NCBI GenBank assembly: GCA_005223125.1
Contig: NJBH01000002.1
Span: forward strand, 160,001-224,000
Source: Promethearchaeota archaeon Loki_b32
GTDB taxonomy: Archaea; Asgardarchaeota; Lokiarchaeia; Sigyniarchaeales; SOKP01
DNA length: 64,000 nucleotides
Direction of reading: 5' to 3'
Part shown: positions 20,718-30,086 of the stretch, one piece after another
Numbering within the stretch: position 1 is the first letter of the stretch
Layout of the letters: each line of letters opens with the position of its first letter
Program-made: the position numbers and the translations under genes
The notes under the pieces: generated by a model
What the model was told of the DNA's origin: nothing
The model's database searches: none
What the model saw: only the letters and a program-made list of their open reading frames with translations

Positions 20718-22547
20718 TTAACTATTATTCTTTTTTTTAATGGGAACATCAATATAGGACGCGTAAGAGGCATTTCGTGCAATAGTAATGGTAGGTTTTC
20801 CATCAGTTGGGTATTTTCTAAAAGTATCTTTATCAGCTCCCGCGATGGCAAGTTTGAGTCTATGTCCTTTTCGAATAAGGACAGACGTCGGTCGAAATCC
20901 GAAAGTTACTTCTGTGATTTCCCCCGGTATCATTGGAGAGGCATCTTTCTTTTTAAAAGAATGGTAGGGAATTAATATTTCATATGGGGGTGTATCCGTG
21001 GATATTTTACGGTGAATTAATCTTAAATTTCCATCTGTAAAATAATGTATGTTTCCATTATCATCTATTTCTTCTAAATAAGCAAATATTGCTCCATCAT
21101 CGTGAGTTGATCTAAGAAATAATGTAATCGTGGCATGACCTGTGATCTCCACATCCTCTTCAAAAGGCGGACTTGTATATGTCAATAACTTTTTATCTGC
21201 TTTTTCTCTATTTGAGTAATCAATTGGTAAACCTAATAATGTCCACCACCTATTTAATCTACCAGATGTGGCGGTAAAGCTTACTTTATAATTATCTTCT
21301 CCTGCATCATTTTCAGGTTTCTTTGTAGTTATTGTATTATTTTCAGATAAATACCATTTCATTCTTGTAAATCCTTCAGGTGGCCAAACTTGAGTTTTAT
21401 TCCATTTTTCTTCTCCCATTGTGTAATAATACAAAGTTTTTCCTTTAATTTCCTCTCCATATAGAATTGAGTCAAAAAAATCAATCCATGTAGTAATACG
21501 CTCTTTTGGAGAAGGAGTGACTTCGGGTTTATCCGGATTTAAAGGATCAGCAGGATATAAAGCTCCATGATTCCATGCTCCAATTATTGCAATGTGAGGA
21601 TTTTTCAAATTTATAAACCTATTTATGTGAGCATCAATATAAGCTGAATCTAACCAAGCACACCAACTCAATATAGGCACATTAGATTTTTCAAACTGAT
21701 CTTGGTAAATAAAAGAACTAATCTCATCTGGTGTTGCTCCATCTGGAAGAGAATCATCTCGAAAATCTTTATCATGAAGTAAATCATAGACATATTCATT
21801 TGAAAGATGTTCTTCCTTAGCTTCTTCTAATATTTTCTGATCTGTATCAATATCAATAGGTTTTACCCCTTTCATCAATAACCATAAATACGGAATTAGT
21901 TCTTTAAAAGCTTTAGAATTGTTTTGATCAAGATTTCTTCCTACAAAGGACCAAAGTTGTACAAATGCGTGATCAAAACAGCCCCCAGGAAAAGCGACAT
22001 CAGTATAAGCATCCCATAACCCGTGACCCGGCATAATAGCTTTGACAGCGGGATGATTATTTACTGCTAACTGTTCCGCAGTTGTTGCAGTATAAGATAT
22101 TCCATTAGAAACAACATTTCCATTTGACCAAGGTTGAGAAATAATCCAATCTACAATATCAGCGCCATCTTTAACTTCTTCTTTTGAAAATGGATAAGGT
22201 CTTGATCCAAAAGAAGCACCGCATCCTCTCACGTCTACATACACTATTGCATAACCACGCTTAGTGAATAATGCAGGTGAAGGTGTAAAAATTGATGTTT
22301 CTTTAAGTACCCATCGAAAAGGAATTCTAAGTTTTGCAGCTCTCCAATATCTTGTTTGATATAATAATGTAGGAAGTTTTTGTTCGGGATCTATTCCTTT
22401 AGGAAGACATATAGTAACTGCAATTTTTACTCCATCTCTCATAGGAATATGGATATTACTGGTTGTATAATCTTTATAGGTCTTTCTTTGGGGAAAATTC
22501 CACTTCAGATGAAATGGATTATTATCACTTTCGATATTTTTACTCAT
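20718..22547 (-). CDS. CocE/NonD family serine hydrolase
   Basis: 'IPMRDGVKIA', 'TRYWR', 'DVRG.GAS.G', 'QPWSNG', nucleophile 'GISY', 'GAWNHG'. Confidence 0.92.
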   Translation of the reverse strand: MSKNIESDNNPFHLKWNFPQRKTYKDYTTSNIHIPMRDGVKIAVTICLPKGIDPEQKLPTLLYQTRYWRAAKLRIPFRWVLKETSIFTPSPALFTKRGYAIVYVDVRGCGASFGSRPYPFSKEEVKDGADIVDWIISQPWSNGNVVSNGISYTATTAEQLAVNNHPAVKAIMPGHGLWDAYTDVAFPGGCFDHAFVQLWSFVGRNLDQNNSKAFKELIPYLWLLMKGVKPIDIDTDQKILEEAKEEHLSNEYVYDLLHDKDFRDDSLPDGATPDEISSFIYQDQFEKSNVPILSWCAWLDSAYIDAHINRFINLKNPHIAIIGAWNHGALYPADPLNPDKPEVTPSPKERITTWIDFFDSILYGEEIKGKTLYYYTMGEEKWNKTQVWPPEGFTRMKWYLSENNTITTKKPENDAGEDNYKVSFTATSGRLNRWWTLLGLPIDYSNREKADKKLLTYTSPPFEEDVEITGHATITLFLRSTHDDGAIFAYLEEIDDNGNIHYFTDGNLRLIHRKISTDTPPYEILIPYHSFKKKDASPMIPGEITEVTFGFRPTSVLIRKGHRLKLAIAGADKDTFRKYPTDGKPTITIARNASYASYIDVPIKKKNNS

Positions 22548-22727
22548 AATTGTTTCTCTAATCCTAATTTAAATTCTTAAGATAATATAATACTATTTTT
22601 ATCTTCTGTTATTTATTAAGTTACTTCTTCTGATAATCAATTGAATTTATTAAATGTAAACCATAAATCTTTAAGGAAATGATCTCTTATACATCATAGA
22701 ACTAAATTATTGATAAGGTGTATAAAG

Positions 22728-23108
22728 ATTTACTCTGATAAAGTCCTGGACCACTTTAAAAATCCCCGAAATATGGGTGAAATGAAGGACGCTGATGCAG
22801 TAGGCGAATATGGAAATCCTATATGTGGCGATTTAATGCATATATATATTAAGGTGAAAGAGATGAATGGACAAAAAATTATTGATGACATCTCTTTTCA
22901 GACTTTTGGTTGCGCTGCTGCTATTGCTACATCTTCTATGATTACAGAGATTGCTAAAGGAAAAACTTTAGATGAAGCTTCAAATATTACCAGAGATGAT
23001 GTAGCTAAATCTTTAGATGGACTACCTCCTATTAAATTGCATTGTTCAAATTTAGCTGCAGACGCCTTAAAAGATGCTATTAAAAATTATCGAGAAAACC
23101 AAAAATAA
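22728..23108 (+). CDS. iscU: Fe-S cluster scaffold IscU/NifU; probable ATT start
   Basis: 'YSDKVLDHFKNPRNMG', 'CGD', 'FGCAAAIATSS', 'LPPIKLHCSNL'. AAGGTG (22715-22720) lies 7 nt before the ATT that occupies the usual Met position. Confidence 0.93.
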   Translation: MYSDKVLDHFKNPRNMGEMKDADAVGEYGNPICGDLMHIYIKVKEMNGQKIIDDISFQTFGCAAAIATSSMITEIAKGKTLDEASNITRDDVAKSLDGLPPIKLHCSNLAADALKDAIKNYRENQK

Positions 23109-23156
23109 AATTCTTTTTCCTCTTCAATTAGAAATTAAAGTTTATTCTTTACTCTT

Positions 23157-24029
23157 ATGGAATTTTCTAAACCAATAATAAACATTATTCAAGAGCGAAT
23201 ATCTCATAGAACTTATTCTGGACACTCTCTTGAAAAAGTTCTTAGAGAAAAGGTATTGAATTTATTGGAAAATCATGATTTGATAAGTCCTTTTAGTAAA
23301 TATGCTGGAAAAGCAAGATTTAGGCTTTTAAGCATTCCAGAGTTTAACTCTAAAGAAAGGAAAAAGTTAGGGACTTATGGATTCATAAAGGGCGCTCAAG
23401 ATTTTATTGTAGGAGCAGTTGAAAAATCTCAGTACAGTCGAGAACATTATGGATATCTTATGGAAACTATTATTTTAGGTGCCACAGATTTGGGGTTAGG
23501 CACATGTTGGTTAGGTGGTTTTTTTAACAGAAGTCTATTTACTTCGAAAATTAATTGTACATCAGATGAAATCATACCTGCTATTACACCCATTGGATAT
23601 TCTGCTCAGAGAACAGTTAGAGAAAAGGTTATTCGATCATTTGCTAAAGCAGATAAAAGATTGCCTTGGGATCAATTATTTTTTGAAGGAAATCATAGTG
23701 TTTCATTATCTAAGGAAAAAGCAGGCAAGTATTCAAAACTACTTGAAATGGTTAGATTAGGGCCATCTGCTGGGAACAAACAACCTTGGCGGATATTTAA
23801 AGTACTCACCAGAGATACTTTTCATTTTTATACCATTAACCCTAAAGATGGACGATTTTTGCAATACAGCAAATTTCGACCTATAGATATCGGAATAGCT
23901 GTTAGTCACTTTGATCTTACGGCAAAAGAATTAGGCATTAATGGGAATTGGATAATTGAGACTCCTCAAATTCCCGGAGCAGACGACTTAATATATAAGA
24001 TTACTTGGAATGGGGATGACAAAAAATAA
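23157..24029 (+). CDS. nitroreductase family protein (two-domain)
   Basis: 'RISHRTY', 'LGLGTCWLGG', 'GPSAGNKQPW', 'IDIGIAVSHF'. Confidence 0.88.
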   Translation: MEFSKPIINIIQERISHRTYSGHSLEKVLREKVLNLLENHDLISPFSKYAGKARFRLLSIPEFNSKERKKLGTYGFIKGAQDFIVGAVEKSQYSREHYGYLMETIILGATDLGLGTCWLGGFFNRSLFTSKINCTSDEIIPAITPIGYSAQRTVREKVIRSFAKADKRLPWDQLFFEGNHSVSLSKEKAGKYSKLLEMVRLGPSAGNKQPWRIFKVLTRDTFHFYTINPKDGRFLQYSKFRPIDIGIAVSHFDLTAKELGINGNWIIETPQIPGADDLIYKITWNGDDKK

Positions 24030-24049
24030 GTCAATCTAATTATTAATAT

Positions 24050-24298
24050 ATGATTTTAGGAGTAGGGGCTGTATTATTAGTAATTATTATTTTAACATAC
24101 ATTGTAATTCATTACAATACCCATAACGATTCAATAAATCCATTAAAAAATGAATATTATGAAAATAATGAGATAAAATCCCCTAAAACCGATGATAAGG
24201 AGTTTTCTTTAGGAAATGCTAATTTTTGTTATAATTGCGGTAAAAAATTAGATTATAATTCAGTAAAATTTTGCATATATTGTGGAGTAGAAATTTAA
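24050..24298 (+). CDS. membrane-anchored double zinc-ribbon protein
   Basis: N-terminal hydrophobic helix; FCYNCG...FCIYCG. Confidence 0.7.
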   Translation: MILGVGAVLLVIIILTYIVIHYNTHNDSINPLKNEYYENNEIKSPKTDDKEFSLGNANFCYNCGKKLDYNSVKFCIYCGVEI

Positions 24299-24442
24299 TT
24301 GAAATAACTTGAAGTTTTATAACCTAAACGATTAAATACAGATTATTATGAAACCAAAATGAGAAGTTAATTTACAAATTATAAACAAAAGGTATAATTA
24401 TCAAAGTTAGTAATTAGAAATATGAGAAAAAGGTGATTTTTC

Positions 24443-27340
24443 ATAACAGAAACTAAAGAAAATATAAATATTAAGTTAGGTGGAATGACATGCGCTAATT
24501 GCGCTTTGAAGATCGAAACAAAGTTAAATAATCTTGAAGGTGTCAATACAGCAGTAGTTAACTTTGCTAATGAGGAGGCAACAGTTGATTATGATCCTAG
24601 AACCGTTGATTTTACTGTTTTTAAGGATGCAATTCGTGATCTTGGTTATAAAGCATCATTAGCTAAAATCGATTTAAAAGTTGTAGATACCCTTTCTGAA
24701 AGTGAATTTGAAAATTTCATTAAGAAGATAAAAACTATCCAAGGAATTCATGATATCAGAGGGAACTACAAAGCTTCCAAGATGTTCATTGAATTCAATG
24801 AATTAATTATAGATGAAAATGGCGTATATTCTACAATAAAGCAATTGGGCTATACTATTGAGAAATCCGCAGGAGTAATGGATATGGAGATTATTAAGCA
24901 TAAGAAAGAAATGAGATATCGTTTACGTATTATGTTAATTTCACTAACGTTTTCACTAATAATTACTCCTATTAGCTGGCTTGTAATAGAATCTTTCGAA
25001 AGGAATTTAGTCCTATTTTTTCTCGCAGTTGCTAATTACCTTATTTCTGGCTCTTTCTTTTTGATTGGAGCATACAAATCTTTGAAGAATAAATCTACAA
25101 ACATGGATGTATTAGTCGCTTTAGGCACCACAACAGCACTTATTTATTCCATATTAACGACATTTATCATATCTGGAAATACCTTTTACGAAGCTATGAG
25201 TATGATAATTACTTTCTTACTAGTCGGAAAATATCTTGAACATAAAACTAAGGGACAGACTTCAGAAGCTATAAAAAAATTAATCGGTTTACAACCAAAA
25301 ACTGCTACAATTTTAAAAGATGGAAAAGAAATTGAGATTCCTATTGAAGAAATTGAGTTAGGAGATACATTAGTTGTGAGACCTGGTGAAAAAATTCCTG
25401 TGGATGGAAAAGTTGTTGAAGGAAAAACTAAAGTAGATGAATCAATGATCACAGGTGAAAGTAAGTATGTTAAAAAAGAAATTGAGAGTGAGGTAATTGG
25501 GGCAACAGTAAATCAGACTGGATTAATTCATATGATTGCTGAGAAAATCGGTAAAGATACATTACTATTTCAGATTATAGATTTTGTAAAACAAGCTCAA
25601 GGTAGAAAAGCAGCTAAACAGCAATTAGCCGATAAAGTTAGTAATTATTTTGTACCATTAGTTATTATAATAGCAGTAAGTTCATTTTTATACTGGTTTT
25701 TTATTGGAACTCAAGTATTCCCAGTACTTCAAGCTACTAGACTTGAAACCTCTTTGTTAGTCTTTACTTCAGTAGTTGTTATAGCATGTCCTTGCGCTTT
25801 AGGACTTGCAATTCCAACCGCTGTAATGGTTGGTACAGGTAAAGGTGCTGAAAATGGTCTTTTAATTAAAGGAGGTGATTCACTGGAATCGATCAATACA
25901 ATTAACACTATTGTTTTTGATAAAACAGGTACTTTGACGGTTGGAAAGCCAAAAGTTTCGGTAATTTTTACTGAAAAGGATTTGAATAATACAGGTTATG
26001 ATGAAAATGAACTACTATTTTATGCTGGAAGTGCTGAAATGGGATCAGAACATCCTCTTGGAAGGGCCATCATTGAAGAAGCAAATCAAAGAGGATTATC
26101 TCTCGAATCACCAAAAGAATTTGATGCTTTTCCTGGAAAAGGCATTAAAACTAAAATTAAAGGAAAAACAGTATTAATTGGAAATAATAAATTAATGTTA
26201 GACAATGGTATATCAATTGAAGATTATAAGAACAAATTTAATGAATATCAGCAATATGGTATAACAACAATTTTAATCAGTATTGATAATACAATCAAAG
26301 GTATAATAGGGATTTCTGATAAAATAAAGGATCAAGCACCCTATGCTTTAGATAAATTACGAGAAACTGGTTTAGAAATTTATATGTTAACAGGAGATAA
26401 CATGCAAACAGCTTTAATTATTGGAAAACAATTAAAAATTGATGATCAACATATTTTGGCAGAGGTTTTACCTAATGAGAAAGCTTTAACTATTCAAAAA
26501 TTGCAGGAGTCTGGAGACCATAAGGTTGTCGGTATGGTGGGTGATGGAATAAATGATGCTCCTGCATTAGCTCAAGCGGATGTTGGAATAGCAATAGGAT
26601 CTGGAACTGATGTCGCCATTGAAACTGCTGATATTGTTCTGATGAGAGGAGATTTACGAAATGTTGTTTCTGCCATTAATTTATCAAAAAAGACTTATAA
26701 AAAGATGATAACAAATCTATTCTGGGCTTTTATTTATAATGTTATCGGAATACCAATCGCAGCTGGTGTATTTTATGGTTTAACTGGACTATTTCTGCCA
26801 CCTTATTTAGCAGCAGTTTTTATGGCAACAAGTTCGGTTTCCGTAGTAACAAATGCTTTATTTTTAAAAAAATATGAACCAAAAACACCTCAACAACTTG
26901 AAGAAGAAATGTTATTGGTTTCTCAAGAGAAAGTAACAGATCCAGTATGTGGAATGGAAATTGATCCAAGACAAGCAATTGAATATGAATATAAAAGTAA
27001 AATATATCATTTTTGCAATCCTAATTGTGAAACTCATTTCAAACGAGATCCTGAAAGATTTAAGAATTATGATGCAATGGATCCAAAACTTATGCAAATA
27101 AAAAGCCCTGATAGTAACAAAAAAGAAGAAAGTGTAATTGAGAATGAACAAACTAAAAAGGAGGATAAAAATATGGGAAAATTAAAATGTTCGGAATGTG
27201 GATTAGAGCAAGATCTTCCAATGCATTGTGGACAAGCCATGCATAAAGAAGGAGATCAATTAGTCTGCTGGATGGGTTCTAGCTGTGGAGCTCAACTAAT
27301 TCCAGAACATCATGGAAAACATATGGAAGTTATTGAATAA
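24443..27340 (+). CDS. copA: Cu(I)-translocating P1B-type ATPase with YHS/TRASH and C-terminal Cys/His metal-binding domains; probable ATA start
   Basis: [41 protein letters not shown] and MATSS motifs; 'DPVCGM...YHFC...C...F' YHS domain. Frame is open upstream of the track start to the ATA at 24443, behind AGGTGA. Confidence 0.93.
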   Translation: MTETKENINIKLGGMTCANCALKIETKLNNLEGVNTAVVNFANEEATVDYDPRTVDFTVFKDAIRDLGYKASLAKIDLKVVDTLSESEFENFIKKIKTIQGIHDIRGNYKASKMFIEFNELIIDENGVYSTIKQLGYTIEKSAGVMDMEIIKHKKEMRYRLRIMLISLTFSLIITPISWLVIESFERNLVLFFLAVANYLISGSFFLIGAYKSLKNKSTNMDVLVALGTTTALIYSILTTFIISGNTFYEAMSMIITFLLVGKYLEHKTKGQTSEAIKKLIGLQPKTATILKDGKEIEIPIEEIELGDTLVVRPGEKIPVDGKVVEGKTKVDESMITGESKYVKKEIESEVIGATVNQTGLIHMIAEKIGKDTLLFQIIDFVKQAQGRKAAKQQLADKVSNYFVPLVIIIAVSSFLYWFFIGTQVFPVLQATRLETSLLVFTSVVVIACPCALGLAIPTAVMVGTGKGAENGLLIKGGDSLESINTINTIVFDKTGTLTVGKPKVSVIFTEKDLNNTGYDENELLFYAGSAEMGSEHPLGRAIIEEANQRGLSLESPKEFDAFPGKGIKTKIKGKTVLIGNNKLMLDNGISIEDYKNKFNEYQQYGITTILISIDNTIKGIIGISDKIKDQAPYALDKLRETGLEIYMLTGDNMQTALIIGKQLKIDDQHILAEVLPNEKALTIQKLQESGDHKVVGMVGDGINDAPALAQADVGIAIGSGTDVAIETADIVLMRGDLRNVVSAINLSKKTYKKMITNLFWAFIYNVIGIPIAAGVFYGLTGLFLPPYLAAVFMATSSVSVVTNALFLKKYEPKTPQQLEEEMLLVSQEKVTDPVCGMEIDPRQAIEYEYKSKIYHFCNPNCETHFKRDPERFKNYDAMDPKLMQIKSPDSNKKEESVIENEQTKKEDKNMGKLKCSECGLEQDLPMHCGQAMHKEGDQLVCWMGSSCGAQLIPEHHGKHMEVIE

Positions 27341-27354
27341 TATATTAAAACTGA

Positions 27355-27546
27355 GTGGTGAAATTGGAAAAACTTCAATTAATTTGTTGTAAGTGTGGGA
27401 ATGTGATGGAAACACTTCCTAGTAGTAGCCAAGATATTATTATAGATGAAGAAACCGGAGAAATTTTATATTGGAATGGCCAAAAATGCGGTTATAGACC
27501 TTCAGATTGCCTTGTTTGTGAAAAATGTCAAGATAAAGGTTGTTAA
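27355..27546 (+). CDS. small Cys-rich metal-binding protein
   Basis: CCKCG...C...CLVCEKC...C; 14 bp downstream of copA. Confidence 0.65.
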   Translation: MVKLEKLQLICCKCGNVMETLPSSSQDIIIDEETGEILYWNGQKCGYRPSDCLVCEKCQDKGC

Positions 27547-27650
27547 ACTAACAGATTTTTTACTCTAATCTTATATTTCATAAAAAATAATCTTTAAAGT
27601 AATTTTTACTTACTATATTTCGAATAAGCGTTTTATGGAGGAAAAACATC

Positions 27651-28646
27651 ATGAAGTATTATTCAGATATATTAAAATTAATCGGTAGAACACCATTAGT
27701 CCGGATTAATAAGAGTAATCCGTATTCTAATGTGTTAATGTTAGCTAAATTAGAAAAATATAATCCATCTGGGTCTGTAAAAGACAGAATTGCGATTTCT
27801 ATGATAGAAGAAGCAGAGAAAGCAGGAATATTAACACACGAAAAAGTTATAATAGAACCGAGTAGTGGAAATACAGGAATTGGGTTATCTTTAGTATGTG
27901 CTGCTAAAGGTTATCCTCTAGAAATTGTTATGCCTGAAACAATGTCAGTAGAAAGACGTAAAATAATGACTGCTTATGGGGCTAAAATAACTTTAACTCC
28001 CGGGAAGAAAGGAATGGATGGAACACAAGATTATGTAGAAGAAATAGTAAAAAAAAATCCTGAAAAATACTTTTTTCTTAATCAGTATGCTAACGAAAAT
28101 AACCCATTGGCTCATTATAGATATACAGCCGAAGAAATAATTGAAGATACTGATGGAGAAATTGATGTGTTTGTTGCGGGATTAGGAACCTCTGGTACTT
28201 TAATGGGGGTCTCAAGAAGATTAAAAGAACATAACCCAAACATTAAAATAATTGCTGTAGAACCTGAAGCTGAAGCACCGATTCAAGGTTTGAAGAGTTT
28301 AAAAACTTCTTATATTCCAGAAATTTATGATGAAACGAGAATAGATGAAAAAGTGTATGTTTCTATAGAAGATGCTGCACATGCTTCTCGAATGTTAGCA
28401 TTACAAGAAGGAATTTTTACTGGTATCAGTTCAGGAGCTGCTTTGCATGTTGCTATAGAAACTGTAGAAAAGATGGAATCTGGTACTTTAGTAGTATTAT
28501 TACCAGATGGTGGTGAAAAATATATTTCCAATCCCATTTATGCTCCGGAAAAATGTTTAGAATGTACTAGAAGATGTAAAATCAAGACTCTATGGGATGA
28601 TCAATATATAAAATCAATATCAGAGTGGTGGGAAAATAAAGAATAA
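27651..28646 (+). CDS. cysteine synthase family PLP enzyme (CysK/CysM-like)
   Basis: 'NPSGSVKDR', 'SSGNTG', 'GLGTSGT', 'GISSGA', 'PDGGEKY'; GGAGG SD. Confidence 0.92.
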   Translation: MKYYSDILKLIGRTPLVRINKSNPYSNVLMLAKLEKYNPSGSVKDRIAISMIEEAEKAGILTHEKVIIEPSSGNTGIGLSLVCAAKGYPLEIVMPETMSVERRKIMTAYGAKITLTPGKKGMDGTQDYVEEIVKKNPEKYFFLNQYANENNPLAHYRYTAEEIIEDTDGEIDVFVAGLGTSGTLMGVSRRLKEHNPNIKIIAVEPEAEAPIQGLKSLKTSYIPEIYDETRIDEKVYVSIEDAAHASRMLALQEGIFTGISSGAALHVAIETVEKMESGTLVVLLPDGGEKYISNPIYAPEKCLECTRRCKIKTLWDDQYIKSISEWWENKE

Positions 28647-28655
28647 AATTAATAG

Positions 28656-29951
28656 TTAGTTCTGTTTTATATCCTTCTCTTTAAATTTTATCCAAACTTC
28701 CAAAGCGATAAATACAAATAATCCAATTAGACATAATAAAGCCCCTATAAAAAAAGCCATTTGGTATGCAAAAACCTCACTCTTTCCCTCATTATATAAG
28801 AAATCAATGAGAGGACCTGAAATTAATGTACCTGCCACGCCCCACGAGAGGAAAAACGTAGTATTATACACAGCAAATAATTTCCCTCGCATTCTTTCTG
28901 GAATTAGAACTGAGGCAATTGCATATGAGGAAGCATATATTATTACCTCTGCGGCTCCGATTAAAAATGATCCTATAAAAATGATCGATAGATGAAAAGT
29001 AGTTGCTGTAATAATTAGAGCGACAATCCCTAATGAAGTTCCAATTATTAATGTTTTTGAATGACCAAATTTTTTACTTAAGAATCCTGCCGTAAATCCT
29101 ATGATCAATGTTGCTACTGATCGTGTATTTGCTATAAAACTTAGCAGTATAGGACTTACATCAAACCCAGAATCTAAAGAGAGATATTGAGAATAAGGCA
29201 CTGCTATACTATTTCTTCCAAAGTTAATAAAAATCAAAGCTACAATGAATATGATAAAAACAAATATATAATTTTGATTATTTCTTGTTTGATCTGATGA
29301 TTTTTCTTGTTCTGCTAATTCTATATTAACTCCTCCCTCTGGTGTAAAAAACATCGGGATTATTGAAATAAACATTACAAATGAAGCTATAACAAAAAGT
29401 GGTCCATTTCTAAATCCAAAACCAGCATCATACAAGAATCCTCCAATAAATATTCCAATTATCCTTCCTAATCCACCTAGACTTATTAATTGACCCATAA
29501 TTTTACTTCTTTTCTCAGATGGGTATAAATCACTTAATAAGGCGCTCCAACCAATGTTTGACATTGACCAAAACATTTCTACGCAAGTTAACCCTAATAT
29601 AATTACCCAGCCTACAATAACATAATTATTAAAGGAAAAGTGAATACCCCAAACTATTAAAGTTCCTAATCCTGCTAAAAATTCACCACATATAATAAAA
29701 GTTCTTCTTCGCTGAATTTTATCACTAATTGGTCCCCAAACAAAATTCTGAAATATAACAGAAGCAATCATTGGAAACGTGGCGTAAAAAGTTGTCATTG
29801 TAACAGATAACCCTAAAAACTCTCTCATATAAATCGATAAGTAGGTATAAAAAAGTCCCCTTCTGAACATGGCAAGCATTTGAAAGGAAGATAATCCAGT
29901 AAAAATTGCGAAGGGTGATCTCTTACTAATTTTCGCAGATAATTTTGGCAT
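28656..29951 (-). CDS. MFS transporter
   Basis: About 12 hydrophobic segments; 'WGPISDKIQRRR' motif A; 'P..MRG'. Confidence 0.88.
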   Translation of the reverse strand: MPKLSAKISKRSPFAIFTGLSSFQMLAMFRRGLFYTYLSIYMREFLGLSVTMTTFYATFPMIASVIFQNFVWGPISDKIQRRRTFIICGEFLAGLGTLIVWGIHFSFNNYVIVGWVIILGLTCVEMFWSMSNIGWSALLSDLYPSEKRSKIMGQLISLGGLGRIIGIFIGGFLYDAGFGFRNGPLFVIASFVMFISIIPMFFTPEGGVNIELAEQEKSSDQTRNNQNYIFVFIIFIVALIFINFGRNSIAVPYSQYLSLDSGFDVSPILLSFIANTRSVATLIIGFTAGFLSKKFGHSKTLIIGTSLGIVALIITATTFHLSIIFIGSFLIGAAEVIIYASSYAIASVLIPERMRGKLFAVYNTTFFLSWGVAGTLISGPLIDFLYNEGKSEVFAYQMAFFIGALLCLIGLFVFIALEVWIKFKEKDIKQN

Positions 29952-30086
29952 ATTAAATTTATAAGTTATTTTAAATAATTAAAAGAAATCTGTTTTCTAA
30001 AAGTTTCTATTTATTTAGGATTGAATGAAAAAATTGGAAAACAATATGAATTAAAATGAGTACTAATAAAGGGTATTTAAATTATT

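Noticed and set aside
17025-22730. Similarity between the iscS 3' end (aagggtgtaaagtatatg) and the iscU upstream region (aaggtgtataaagatt), suggesting a split iscSU operon
   Set aside because: The match is short and explained by SD-like sequence; no repeat bounds the intervening genes.
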